In this document: one piece after another, positions 27,064 through 36,202 of the stretch
How the letters are laid out: each line of letters begins with the position of its first letter
How positions within the stretch are numbered: position 1 is the first letter of the stretch
Origin: Candidatus Xenobia bacterium
GTDB taxonomy: Bacteria; Vulcanimicrobiota; Xenobia; Xenobiales; QWHO01
DNA length: 64,000 nucleotides
NCBI GenBank assembly: GCA_045863235.1
Contig: BTUM01000005.1
Span: 129,154-193,153, forward strand
Direction: 5' to 3'
Notes under the pieces: model-generated
The model's input: the letters and a program-made list of their open reading frames with translations, nothing else
What the model was told of the DNA's origin: nothing
The model's database searches: none
Program-made: the position numbers and the translations under genes

Positions 27064-27202
27064 GCTTTCTGCAGGCCGGTCAGCCTTCTCTGTGGAACTT
27101 TCCCCTGGGCATGTCTTGCCTTGCCGGACGATTCTGCATATACTACCCCAAGTTCAATGGGGGAGTCTCGCCCCTTCGACCGGACGGACATTTGGAAAAT
27201 TT

Positions 27203-27235
27203 GTTAAGCGATCTTTCAGAGGACGGTGCTACCAT
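27203..27235 (+). promoter_or_regulatory. 11-bp-period direct-repeat box (class A) plus extended -10 element
   Basis: GTTAAG-N5-TTTCAG-N10-TACCAT with TG at the extended -10 position. Confidence 0.55.
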
Positions 27236-27289
27236 TCAGCAAGCTGCGATAGGCGTGCAGCCCAGGAACTTGATAGAGGAGCCCAAGTC

Positions 27290-29995
27290 ATGACGAACAA
27301 CGTGAACCTCGGCCAGATCTCGGTGGCAGCGTCGGGAGGTGGGGCTCCTCCACGACCCCCGGCTGAGCAGACGCCGCCGGAGATGAAGGATCAGGTCCTG
27401 CTCGGTCAGGACCCCAATCCCCCTTACAAGCAGAAGCTGGTGGTCACGATGAACGTCGACCCGTCGCTCTTGCAGCCCGATGCCTCCGGCAATCCTCCCA
27501 TCGCCAATCTCGAGCCCGTCTTCGTGGCCAAGGCTGACGTTCCCAAGCACGATCCCAAGCACGTCCCTACCGAGGTCAACGGCCAGTTCCCTCCTCCGGG
27601 CGGGGGCGACATCCTGGTGGTGCCGGTTCCTCCCCACCAGCCCAACGCCAAGTTCATCGCCGTTCCCATCGAGGTCCCCAACGAGTTGCTCGAGCCCACC
27701 GGCAAGACCCTGCCGGACGGCACCCCGGCCCGGGGCGTGGATGACTTCGACGCCCGGCTCGTGCCCCACGACGCGGTGGTCAAGAAGCCCTCCGACTACC
27801 ACAACGACCTGAAAGAGGCCTACGACGGCGGCAAGAACGATTACCTGCCGCAAGGCTATACCCGCGTGGTGGCCAACTCAAAAGGTGGCCAGATCCTGGA
27901 GATGACCGGCGGGATGGTCTCCAAGATCGGCACCGTGGGCAGCGGTTTTGGCAACATGGTTCTGGCTGGCTGGAACAGCTGGATGAGCCTGGCCACGGCC
28001 GGAACCCTGGCCGGCATCGGCGGCGCCATCGGCGTGCTGGGCGCGCTGGACCAGATGAAGAAGATCTCCAACGAGAAGGGCCGCCTGGAGTATCTCAAGC
28101 AGAACTACGACGCCGGCGAGGCCCGCCAGTCCCTGCTCAACGATGCGCCCGAGGCGGGGGCTCGCTACATCGAGGCCCTCAAGGGCAAGTACGAGGCCGA
28201 GCACGTCCTGCTCCAGCCCAAGAGCGAGCTCAAGCAGTACGACGACATCGTGGCCCAGGGCGAGAAGAAGAAGGAAAAGGGCAAGCTCAAAGAGGGCGAG
28301 ATCGCTCAGCTCGAGGCGCTCAAGAAAGAGCGCGAGGGCGTGGAAGCCAAGGTCAAGGCTCTGGAGGCCAAGGTGGCCGAGGCTGCCAAGACGGTGGAAG
28401 CGGCTCGGGGCCAGCTGCCGCCTGACAAAGCCGAGAAGTTCGACAAGGCTGTGGCTGCCCTGGCTCCCAATCTCCAGCATTATGAAGCCAATCGGGGCGA
28501 CCAGATGAGCCTGCCTCAGGCTTTGAGCAAGGCGCTCGAGGCCGAGGGCGTGGGTGCGATTCCGATGCAGACCATGCGCGGCATCCAGAATGTGCCCCTG
28601 GAAGAGCAGATCAAGGCTCAGGACACCCAGCTCAAGGTGCAGGGCGTCTCGGCCATCGCCAGCGGACTGGGCATGGCTTGCGGCATCATGGCCACCGTGG
28701 GCATTGGTTGCCCGCCGCTTCTGGCCGCGGCTGCCGTGCTGCTGCCGCTGACCGGCATCGCTCTGATGGTGGGCAAGCCGCTCGCGATGCTGGGCAAGAT
28801 GCTCTGGAACAAGTGGTTCAACAAGGACCAGACCCCCACTCCCGAGCGGGCCGTGCTGGGCGAGAAGGCCAAACCCGAGGGGCCCAAAGAGCAGGCAGCC
28901 TGGGACAAGTCCATGGGCATCCGGGCCGGCATGATCAAGGCTGACCCGAGCAACGCCGAAGGCTATTTCAAAGCGCTCCACAACCTCGAGCAGACGCGCA
29001 TGGCTGCGATGACCGCTCCCAACCCCGAAGCCGCGGGCAAAGCTCAGGCTGAGAACCAGAAAGCGGCTCTCGAGTTGAAGCAGTTCCAGGACGCGCTGGA
29101 CAAGTCGGCTCCGGGTCAGGTGGCCGCCTTCAAGCAGTCGCTGGCCGACCTCAACGATTGCTGGGCCGAGCGCCGCGCCGACGAGGCGCTGCAGCAGCAA
29201 GGCTACAAGGACATCCTGTCAGCCGGCGTGGTGACGCGCTCGGCTTCCAACCTGGGCCTGACCTCGGCTCAGACCGAGCGGGTGCTGACCAACCTGATGC
29301 TGGCCGAGTTCGGTCACCAGGAGGCGGTCGCCACCGTCCAGTCGTGGCAGGGTGGGACCGCGTCTCAGACGCCCGAGGCGCGCATGGCGGCGGTGCTGAT
29401 TCAGACCTCCAAGGCTCTGGAGCAGAGCGCCGACCCCAACAAGGTCGTGCAGGTGGCGACGAATGCTCCACAGCAGCCTCCCGCCGCGCCGACCGCTCCG
29501 GTTGCCCCGGCTCCCGCCCCGGAAGGGCAGCAGCAGGCAGCTCCAGTCGATCCGGCCCAGGCCCGGGCCCAACTCGAGCAGCAGATGGTCGGACTCGTGA
29601 CGGCTGCGATCCAGGGCAACGTGCAGGCCGACCAGCAGCTGACCGCGCTGCAGCAGCAGGCCACGGCTGGTGACGCCGGCGCTCAGGAAGCCTTCCAGAT
29701 CGCCCAGGCCGTCATCGGCGAAATCGCCTCCAACGCCAAGAGCGTGGTCGATTCGGCCTCGCCCGAGCTGCTCAGCAAGAGCAAGGCCGTGTCCGACGGA
29801 CTCGCCAAGGGAGACCAGGCGGCCCAGCAGACCTTGCAGGGCCTGATGGCTGCCGCTCAGGCCAACAACGAGGGATCGCCCGCGGCTCAGCAGCAGCTGC
29901 AGGTGATCGACGCGCTCTACCTGTGCCAGCGACTGAACATCCCCGTGGGGGCGGCCGAGCCGGCCGCGGCCCAGCAACAGGCTCCGCAGGGCTGA
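27290..29995 (+). CDS. 901-aa protein with coiled coil and hydrophobic hairpins (translocator/pore-former-like architecture)
   Basis: GAGGAG RBS; Pro-rich N terminus, Gly-rich hydrophobic segment, K/E coiled coil, two-helix hydrophobic hairpin, Q/A-rich C terminus. Confidence 0.8.
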   Translation: MTNNVNLGQISVAASGGGAPPRPPAEQTPPEMKDQVLLGQDPNPPYKQKLVVTMNVDPSLLQPDASGNPPIANLEPVFVAKADVPKHDPKHVPTEVNGQFPPPGGGDILVVPVPPHQPNAKFIAVPIEVPNELLEPTGKTLPDGTPARGVDDFDARLVPHDAVVKKPSDYHNDLKEAYDGGKNDYLPQGYTRVVANSKGGQILEMTGGMVSKIGTVGSGFGNMVLAGWNSWMSLATAGTLAGIGGAIGVLGALDQMKKISNEKGRLEYLKQNYDAGEARQSLLNDAPEAGARYIEALKGKYEAEHVLLQPKSELKQYDDIVAQGEKKKEKGKLKEGEIAQLEALKKEREGVEAKVKALEAKVAEAAKTVEAARGQLPPDKAEKFDKAVAALAPNLQHYEANRGDQMSLPQALSKALEAEGVGAIPMQTMRGIQNVPLEEQIKAQDTQLKVQGVSAIASGLGMACGIMATVGIGCPPLLAAAAVLLPLTGIALMVGKPLAMLGKMLWNKWFNKDQTPTPERAVLGEKAKPEGPKEQAAWDKSMGIRAGMIKADPSNAEGYFKALHNLEQTRMAAMTAPNPEAAGKAQAENQKAALELKQFQDALDKSAPGQVAAFKQSLADLNDCWAERRADEALQQQGYKDILSAGVVTRSASNLGLTSAQTERVLTNLMLAEFGHQEAVATVQSWQGGTASQTPEARMAAVLIQTSKALEQSADPNKVVQVATNAPQQPPAAPTAPVAPAPAPEGQQQAAPVDPAQARAQLEQQMVGLVTAAIQGNVQADQQLTALQQQATAGDAGAQEAFQIAQAVIGEIASNAKSVVDSASPELLSKSKAVSDGLAKGDQAAQQTLQGLMAAAQANNEGSPAAQQQLQVIDALYLCQRLNIPVGAAEPAAAQQQAPQG

Positions 29996-30012
29996 AGCCG
30001 GGCGGGTTGATC

Positions 30013-30046
30013 CAGAAAGGGCCCCTCGGGGCCCTTTCTGCATTTT
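30013..30046 (+). terminator. Intrinsic terminator
   Basis: CAGAAAGGGCCCC-TC-GGGGCCCTTTCTG then CATTTTT. Confidence 0.85.
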
Positions 30047-30170
30047 TGCGTGAGCGTTTCTGGGCAAGCTTACCGTTCCGCCGGCGTTACCGGTCCCACC
30101 GGGCGGTAACGCTGGGAGACCGGTAAAACCCGGGTGGGCAGCCCACCGGGCGGGCGGGACGGGCCTGAAG

Positions 30171-30524
30171 TCAGTCGAGCGCCTCGAGCCGCTCGGGGTC
30201 GAGGCTCAGTTCTTCCGTGACCTGGCCGGCCGCGGTCAGCACCGCTCGCTGCTCGTCGAAGCTAAAGACGAAGCGCAACTCCTGGCTGGTGCGTCCGAGC
30301 AGCACGAAGCGGGCCTGGATGTCGGAGGGCTTGAGGGCGTTCCAGCCGTTGCCGAGAACCTGCTGGGGCTCGCACGAGAGGGGCCGACCCATCAGGAAGT
30401 GGCGCGCCAGGGCCAGAAATCGCGGATCCTCCAGCGAGAGCAAAGCTCGATTGGCGTGCTCGCTCCAGAGCCGCGCGGCTGTCTCCTGAGTGAATCGGGT
30501 GCTGAGGAATACCGAAGCTGCCAT
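30171..30524 (-). CDS. Hypothetical protein (117 aa)
   Basis: GGAGGG RBS; class A promoter upstream. Confidence 0.65.
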   Translation of the reverse strand: MAASVFLSTRFTQETAARLWSEHANRALLSLEDPRFLALARHFLMGRPLSCEPQQVLGNGWNALKPSDIQARFVLLGRTSQELRFVFSFDEQRAVLTAAGQVTEELSLDPERLEALD

Positions 30525-30571
30525 CCAACCCCTCCAGCCGCATCATGTCTTGATTGCGGCACTTGTTAGGA

Positions 30572-30604
30572 AACCTAAACATCTGTCCTGAAAAAATCCT
30601 TAAG
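30572..30604 (-). promoter_or_regulatory. 11-bp-period direct-repeat box (class A) plus -10 element
   Basis: CTTAAG-N5-TTTCAG-N10-TAGGTT. Confidence 0.5.
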
Positions 30605-30620
30605 AGTTTCTTCCACAGAT

Positions 30621-30664
30621 GTTCACAGGCAGTTCACCCCTCGGACCCCCCGGGCCGCTAGGAT
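30621..30664 (+). promoter_or_regulatory. 11-bp-period direct-repeat box (class B) plus -10 element
   Basis: GTTCAC-N5-GTTCAC-N21-TAGGAT. Confidence 0.55.
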
Positions 30665-30701
30665 AAGCCCCGGGACCGTATTCCACCGAGGAGCCAATTC
30701 C

Positions 30702-32936
30702 GTGACCATCCGGGATGTCGCAAGTCTGGGTCCGAGCCTGGGCAGGCCGCGTTCGGCAAGCGTTGCCGAGGGCGGAGCCCTGCCCCAAGATCGCGCCGAT
30801 CTTGGCGGGCCGGCGCCCACGGAATTGGGGGGGAAACCAAGCTATACCACCCGCCTGCAGGCCATGCTGGTGGCCACCGAGTCCGAGTCCATGTCGCTTG
30901 CGCCCAAGCTGGCCGAGCATCTGGAGGGCGAGGTTCTGGTCAAGATGAAGCCCGGCCAGAGCGTGGGCTCGATCGAGGATTTCTGTGCCGAATATGGGGC
31001 CCGCGTGCTGGAGCGGATCGAAGTGCCCCCATCCATGATGCAGACCTTCGGCGGCGAGCTGGTACGCATCGCCATGCCCGAGGGGATCAACACCGCCCAG
31101 GGTATCGCCGTTTTGAGCAAAGACGTGCGGGTCAGTTACGCTTGCGCCAATGATGTCCTCAAGCACCTGGACGAAGGCGGACAGCTCATTCCCAACGACC
31201 TCGACCCGAAGCTGTGGGGCCTGCACAACACCGGCCAGGAGAATGGCACGCCCAACGCCGACATCAATGCGCCCGAAGCCTGGAACATCACCACCGGCAA
31301 GCGCGAGGGCGGCCCGCTCATCGCGGTGGTGGACACCGGTATCAACTATGGACACAATGACCTGCGCGCCAACGTGTGGGTCAACCCGGGCGAGATTCCC
31401 GGAGACGGCATCGACAATGACGGCAACGGGGTCATCGACGACGTGCATGGCTACAACGCCATCAACGGCACGGGCGATCCCAACGACGACCACTCCCACG
31501 GCTCGCACTGCATGGGCACCGTGGCCGCCGAGGGCAACAACGGCCTGGGGGTGGTGGGCGTCAACTGGCAGGCCCGGGTGATGGGAGCCAAGTTCCTTTC
31601 GGCCCAGGGCTCGGGCAGCACCGCCGACGCCATCAAAGCCATCCTCTACGCCACCCGCATGGGAGCCCGCATCACCTCCAACTCGTGGGGTGGCGGAGCT
31701 TACAACCAGGCCCTTTACGACGCCCTCAAGGCCTCCCCGGCCCTGCACATCTTCGCGGCCGGCAATAGCTCCAACGACAACGACAAGCGGGCGAGCTACC
31801 CTTCCAGCTACAACCTGGACAACATCGTGGCCGTGGCCGCCACCGACAAGAACGACCGGATGGCCGGCTTCAGCAACTGGGGACGCACCAGCGTCGACCT
31901 GGGAGCTCCCGGCGTCAATATCTACTCCACCGTGCTCGGACAGGACTACAAGCTGTTCAGCGGCACCTCCATGGCCACTCCCCACGTGGCCGGGGTGGCC
32001 GGACTGATCGCTACCGCCTTTCCTGAGGCCAGCAACGCCGAGATCAAGGCCCGCCTGATGAACGGGGCCGACAAGGTGCCCGCTCTGAACGGCAAGTGCG
32101 TCACCGGGGGTCGTCTGAACGCCTTCAGCTCGCTCGACAACGATACCGTGGCCCCCGCCGCCCCCGAGGACCTGCGGCCTGCCCAGGTGGGCGCCAAGGC
32201 CGTCACCCTGACCTGGACCGCGACCGGCGACGATGGCCTGGAGAAGCGTGCCTCGGGCTACCTGCTCAAAGTCTCCGAGCAGCCCATCACCGACGAGGCC
32301 AGCTTCCTGGCCGCCCGCACCGTGCCCACCGGGGTTCCCGGCGAGCCTGGCACGGCCGAGCGCATCACCGTGGGGTTGATCCCCTCCTCCAGCGAGCGCA
32401 CGCTCTACTATGGCCTCAAGGTCATCGACAACGTGGGGAACACTTCTCCCCTGCGCATCGGACAGACTCCCGTGCCGGCGGCCCGGGTGGCCTTCGAGGA
32501 TCGCATGGAGGGCGATGCCTCGGCCTGGACTCCGACCGGACTGTGGGGCCGGGTCGAGTGGGAGGGCAACGGTCAGGTCTGGACCGACAGCCCGGATGTT
32601 CCCTACCAGAACGACTCCAACACGACGCTCACCTCCCGGTCCATCTCGCTGGCTGGCATTCAGGGCGCCACGTTGCTCTTCGACGCCCGCTACGAGATCG
32701 AGTCAGGTTTCGATTTCCTCAACGTCGAGGTTTCCGAGAACGGACGCGACTGGACCACCCTCGGGCGACTGACCGGCTCGCGCGAGTGGGGCACCCAGCA
32801 GATGGATCTGTCCAACTACGACGGAAAGGACGTCCGGATTCGCTTCCGGATGCAGGCCGACGGCTCCATCAACGCCGACGGCTTCTACCTCGACAACGTC
32901 GTCGTGGCGGGCGATCCCAAGCCACCGCAGGGATAG
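30702..32936 (+). CDS. S8 subtilase with FN3-like and C-terminal jelly-roll domains (paralogue 1)
   Basis: VVDTG, HGSH, AAGN, SGTSMATP; GIDNDGNGVIDD Ca loop; GAGGAG RBS. Confidence 0.95.
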   Translation: MTIRDVASLGPSLGRPRSASVAEGGALPQDRADLGGPAPTELGGKPSYTTRLQAMLVATESESMSLAPKLAEHLEGEVLVKMKPGQSVGSIEDFCAEYGARVLERIEVPPSMMQTFGGELVRIAMPEGINTAQGIAVLSKDVRVSYACANDVLKHLDEGGQLIPNDLDPKLWGLHNTGQENGTPNADINAPEAWNITTGKREGGPLIAVVDTGINYGHNDLRANVWVNPGEIPGDGIDNDGNGVIDDVHGYNAINGTGDPNDDHSHGSHCMGTVAAEGNNGLGVVGVNWQARVMGAKFLSAQGSGSTADAIKAILYATRMGARITSNSWGGGAYNQALYDALKASPALHIFAAGNSSNDNDKRASYPSSYNLDNIVAVAATDKNDRMAGFSNWGRTSVDLGAPGVNIYSTVLGQDYKLFSGTSMATPHVAGVAGLIATAFPEASNAEIKARLMNGADKVPALNGKCVTGGRLNAFSSLDNDTVAPAAPEDLRPAQVGAKAVTLTWTATGDDGLEKRASGYLLKVSEQPITDEASFLAARTVPTGVPGEPGTAERITVGLIPSSSERTLYYGLKVIDNVGNTSPLRIGQTPVPAARVAFEDRMEGDASAWTPTGLWGRVEWEGNGQVWTDSPDVPYQNDSNTTLTSRSISLAGIQGATLLFDARYEIESGFDFLNVEVSENGRDWTTLGRLTGSREWGTQQMDLSNYDGKDVRIRFRMQADGSINADGFYLDNVVVAGDPKPPQG

Positions 32937-32962
32937 GCATGTTCGTGTCGAAATGACACGAT

Positions 32963-33829
32963 ATGAAGGTTTTCTATTCCGACAGGCAGAGTGTCTCTGA
33001 GAACGCGTCCTTCAGTCCTTCTGCCGGCAAGCCCCGGAGGTTGGTGGAGCAGTGGCTTCGTCGTTATCCGATCGAGCTCATCGAGCCGGTGCCGGTGACG
33101 GTCGAGGAGTTGTCTTCGGCCCACGACCCGGAGTACGTGCGCGAGGTGCTGGCCTGTCGGCGTCACAACGGCTTCAGCAACACCTCCCGCGAGATCGCCG
33201 ATTCGCTGCCCTACACCACCGGCTCGCTGGTCTCGGCCGTGCGCCACGTCGTCGAGAACGGGGGGGCGGCCTGCTCGCCCACGAGCGGCTTTCACCACGC
33301 CTGCTATGGGAGCGGCGGAGGTTTTTGCACCTTCAACGGGTTGATGGTGGCGGCCATGCTCGTGCGCGAGAAGGTCAAGCGGGTGGGGATTCTCGATTGC
33401 GACTTTCATTACGGGAACGGGACCGACGACATCATCGCTCGCAAGCGACTTGACTTCGTGGCTCACCACACGACCGGCAAGAGCGATCACGATCCCGAGC
33501 AGTTCTTGCGCGAGCTTCCTGCCATCCTCCGGAACATGAAGGCCGATGTGCTGATCTACCAGGCCGGAGCCGACGCCCACCGCGACGATCCTCTGGGAGG
33601 CTGGATGAGCTCCGAGCAGATGCGACGGCGCGATCGCATCGTGTTCGAGCACTGCAAGGCCAACAAGGTACCGGTGGCCTGGAACCTGGCCGGGGGCTAT
33701 CAGGAAGCCTTCCAGAACGTGCTCGACCTGCACCACGCCACCATGGAGGAGTGCCTGGCCGTCTTCGAGCCCGCGCGCAGGCCCGAGAATCCGCCCGGCG
33801 CGGGAATGCTGGAAGGCATCTGGCCCTGA
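32963..33829 (+). CDS. Histone deacetylase family amidohydrolase
   Basis: GFHHA, GFCTFN, DCDFHYGNGT, QAGADAHRDDPLG, AGGY. Confidence 0.92.
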   Translation: MKVFYSDRQSVSENASFSPSAGKPRRLVEQWLRRYPIELIEPVPVTVEELSSAHDPEYVREVLACRRHNGFSNTSREIADSLPYTTGSLVSAVRHVVENGGAACSPTSGFHHACYGSGGGFCTFNGLMVAAMLVREKVKRVGILDCDFHYGNGTDDIIARKRLDFVAHHTTGKSDHDPEQFLRELPAILRNMKADVLIYQAGADAHRDDPLGGWMSSEQMRRRDRIVFEHCKANKVPVAWNLAGGYQEAFQNVLDLHHATMEECLAVFEPARRPENPPGAGMLEGIWP

Positions 33830-33838
33830 CGGTTACCG

Positions 33839-33882
33839 GTTAACATTTCGGTCACAGCCTGCTCGGTCGCCATGCATACACT
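33839..33882 (+). promoter_or_regulatory. 11-bp-period direct-repeat box (class B) plus -10 element
   Basis: GTTAAC-N5-GGTCAC-N21-TACACT. Confidence 0.5.
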
Positions 33883-33913
33883 GGCCCCAACATAGACAGG
33901 GGACATCACTACC

Positions 33914-36157
33914 ATGCGCGTTGACCAGATCCAGCCTCAAATGGCCTTCCAGCCTCAGCGAGCCGCCCAGTCCGCCGCGCCCGAGCAGGGCCCGGCCGAC
34001 AGCGTGCAGCTCTCCAGCGGCTTTGACCTTCAGTCGGTGCTGGAGGCGAGCCGCGCCGAAGCGGCCTCGCTCGAGCCCAAGCTGCAAGACTACGTGCCCG
34101 GAGAGGTGCTGGTCAAGCTCAAAGCGGGAACCTCGCTGCAGGCCATCTCCGGCTTTGCAGCCGATTACGGGGCCAAGGTCATCCACAAGTTCAACGTGCC
34201 GGCCGTCATGGCCAAAGAGTTCAACGGTGAGCTGGTGCAATTGACTCTCCCCGAGGGGATGTCGACCGCCGAGGCGGTGGCCGCCATGGGTCGCGACGCT
34301 CGGGTCAGCTATGCCGAGCCCAATTTCAAGGTGCAGGCCTTTGGCAATCCGGGCGTGCAGATTCCCGACGACCTGGTCGAAGAGCAGTGGGGCCTGCGCA
34401 ACACCGGCCAGAACGGCGGCATCGCGGGCGTCGACATCAAGGCCGCCGACGCCTGGAACATCAGCACCGGCATCAAGGAGAACGGCCCCGTCATCGCCGT
34501 GATCGACACCGGGGTGAACTACAACCACTCCGACCTGGTCAACAACATGTGGGTCAACCCGGGCGAGGTACCCGGCGACGGCATCGACAACGACGGCAAC
34601 GGGATCGTGGATGACGTCCACGGGGGCAACTTCATCACCAACACGGGCGATCCGCTCGACGACCACAACCACGGCAGCCACTGCGCCGGGGTCATCGGGG
34701 CCGAGGCCGGCAACGGCGGCATGGTCGGGATCAACTGGAACGCCCAGATCATGGGCTTGAAGTTCCTGGGCGAGGGCGGCGGAGGGACCACCGCCGACGC
34801 CGTCAAGGCCGTGCTCTACGCCTCCGAGAAGGGGGCTCGCATCGTCAACAACTCCTGGGGCGGAGGCCAGTTCAGCCAGGCCTGCCTGGATGCCATGGCC
34901 GCCTCGCCCTCGCTGCACATCTGCGCGGCCGGCAACGACGGCTATGACAACGACACCCGCCCCTCCTACCCGGCCAACTTCAAGCTCGACAACATCATCG
35001 CCGTAGCGGCTCACAACAACAAGGACGAGCTGGCCGGGTTCTCCAACCGGGGCAACAAGTCGGTCCACCTGGCCGCCCCCGGGGTCAACATCCACAGCAC
35101 CCTCAAGGACGGCAGCTACGGGCTGATGAGCGGCACCTCCATGGCCACTCCTCACGTGACCGGCGTGGCCGGCCTGATCGCCAGCGCCTATCCCGAGGCC
35201 GACAACGATGCCATCAAGTCGCGCATCCTGAGCGGGGTCGATCAGATGCCCGAGCGCTGGGCCAAACGCCTGATGACCGGCGGCCGCCTCAATGCCATGA
35301 AGGCTCTGGAAGATGACAAGGTGGCCCCGGGCACCCCCGGCAACCTGCAAGCAAGCGCCACCGCCAATGCGGTCACGCTCAGCTGGACCGCCACCGGCGA
35401 CGACGGCACCCAGGGCAAGGCCACGAGGTACGAGCTTCGTTACGCCCGCTCGCCCATCGCGGCCCACGCCGACAACCCCAAGCCCGGGGAGATCAGCTTC
35501 GACGAGGCCACCGCCGTGCGCATCGACGCCCCCAAGGACGCCGGCGCCAACGAGTCGGTCACCCTGGAGATGACCCCCTCGGGCCGCGAGCGCAAGCTCT
35601 ACTTCGCCCTGCGCGTGGTGGACAACGTGGGCAACCGCTCCGAGACGGCCGTTCAGGAAGTGCGCGTGCCCGCCTCCAAGGTGGCCTTCGAGGACACCGT
35701 GGACGCGAGCTCTCCCTTCACCCCTTCGGGCCCCTGGGCCCGCATCGAGGTGCCCGGCCGGGGCGAGGTCTGGACCGACAGCCCCGGCACCGAATATGGC
35801 CCCAAGCGCGACGACGCCATCACCTCTGGCTCCATCTCGCTCAAGGACTGGGCCAACCCGGTGCTGCACTTCGAGGCCAAGATGGATACCGAGAAGGGCT
35901 ATGATGGCTGCGAGGTGGAGGTCTACGGCAAGAAGTTCTGGGGCGGCCGCAAATGGCGCTCGCTGGAGACGCTGGAGGGCATCCAGGACTGGAAGAACTT
36001 CCAGCTCGACCTCTCGGACTACCAGGGCCAGGAGATCCAGCTGCGCTTCCGCTTCCACTCTGATGACTCGCGCCACCGCGACGGGGTGTGGCTCGACAAT
36101 ATCGTGATCACCGGCAACAAGACCGAGGGAGAGGCGCCCAAGTCGGGCTGTTTCTGA
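33914..36157 (+). CDS. S8 subtilase with FN3-like and jelly-roll domains (paralogue 2)
   Basis: VIDTG, HGSH, AAGN, SGTSMATP; colinear with 30702..32936. Confidence 0.95.
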   Translation: MRVDQIQPQMAFQPQRAAQSAAPEQGPADSVQLSSGFDLQSVLEASRAEAASLEPKLQDYVPGEVLVKLKAGTSLQAISGFAADYGAKVIHKFNVPAVMAKEFNGELVQLTLPEGMSTAEAVAAMGRDARVSYAEPNFKVQAFGNPGVQIPDDLVEEQWGLRNTGQNGGIAGVDIKAADAWNISTGIKENGPVIAVIDTGVNYNHSDLVNNMWVNPGEVPGDGIDNDGNGIVDDVHGGNFITNTGDPLDDHNHGSHCAGVIGAEAGNGGMVGINWNAQIMGLKFLGEGGGGTTADAVKAVLYASEKGARIVNNSWGGGQFSQACLDAMAASPSLHICAAGNDGYDNDTRPSYPANFKLDNIIAVAAHNNKDELAGFSNRGNKSVHLAAPGVNIHSTLKDGSYGLMSGTSMATPHVTGVAGLIASAYPEADNDAIKSRILSGVDQMPERWAKRLMTGGRLNAMKALEDDKVAPGTPGNLQASATANAVTLSWTATGDDGTQGKATRYELRYARSPIAAHADNPKPGEISFDEATAVRIDAPKDAGANESVTLEMTPSGRERKLYFALRVVDNVGNRSETAVQEVRVPASKVAFEDTVDASSPFTPSGPWARIEVPGRGEVWTDSPGTEYGPKRDDAITSGSISLKDWANPVLHFEAKMDTEKGYDGCEVEVYGKKFWGGRKWRSLETLEGIQDWKNFQLDLSDYQGQEIQLRFRFHSDDSRHRDGVWLDNIVITGNKTEGEAPKSGCF

Positions 36158-36202
36158 TAGCTGAAGGGTAGGGTCTGCTTCGCGGTTCTCGAACGGCCCA
36201 CG

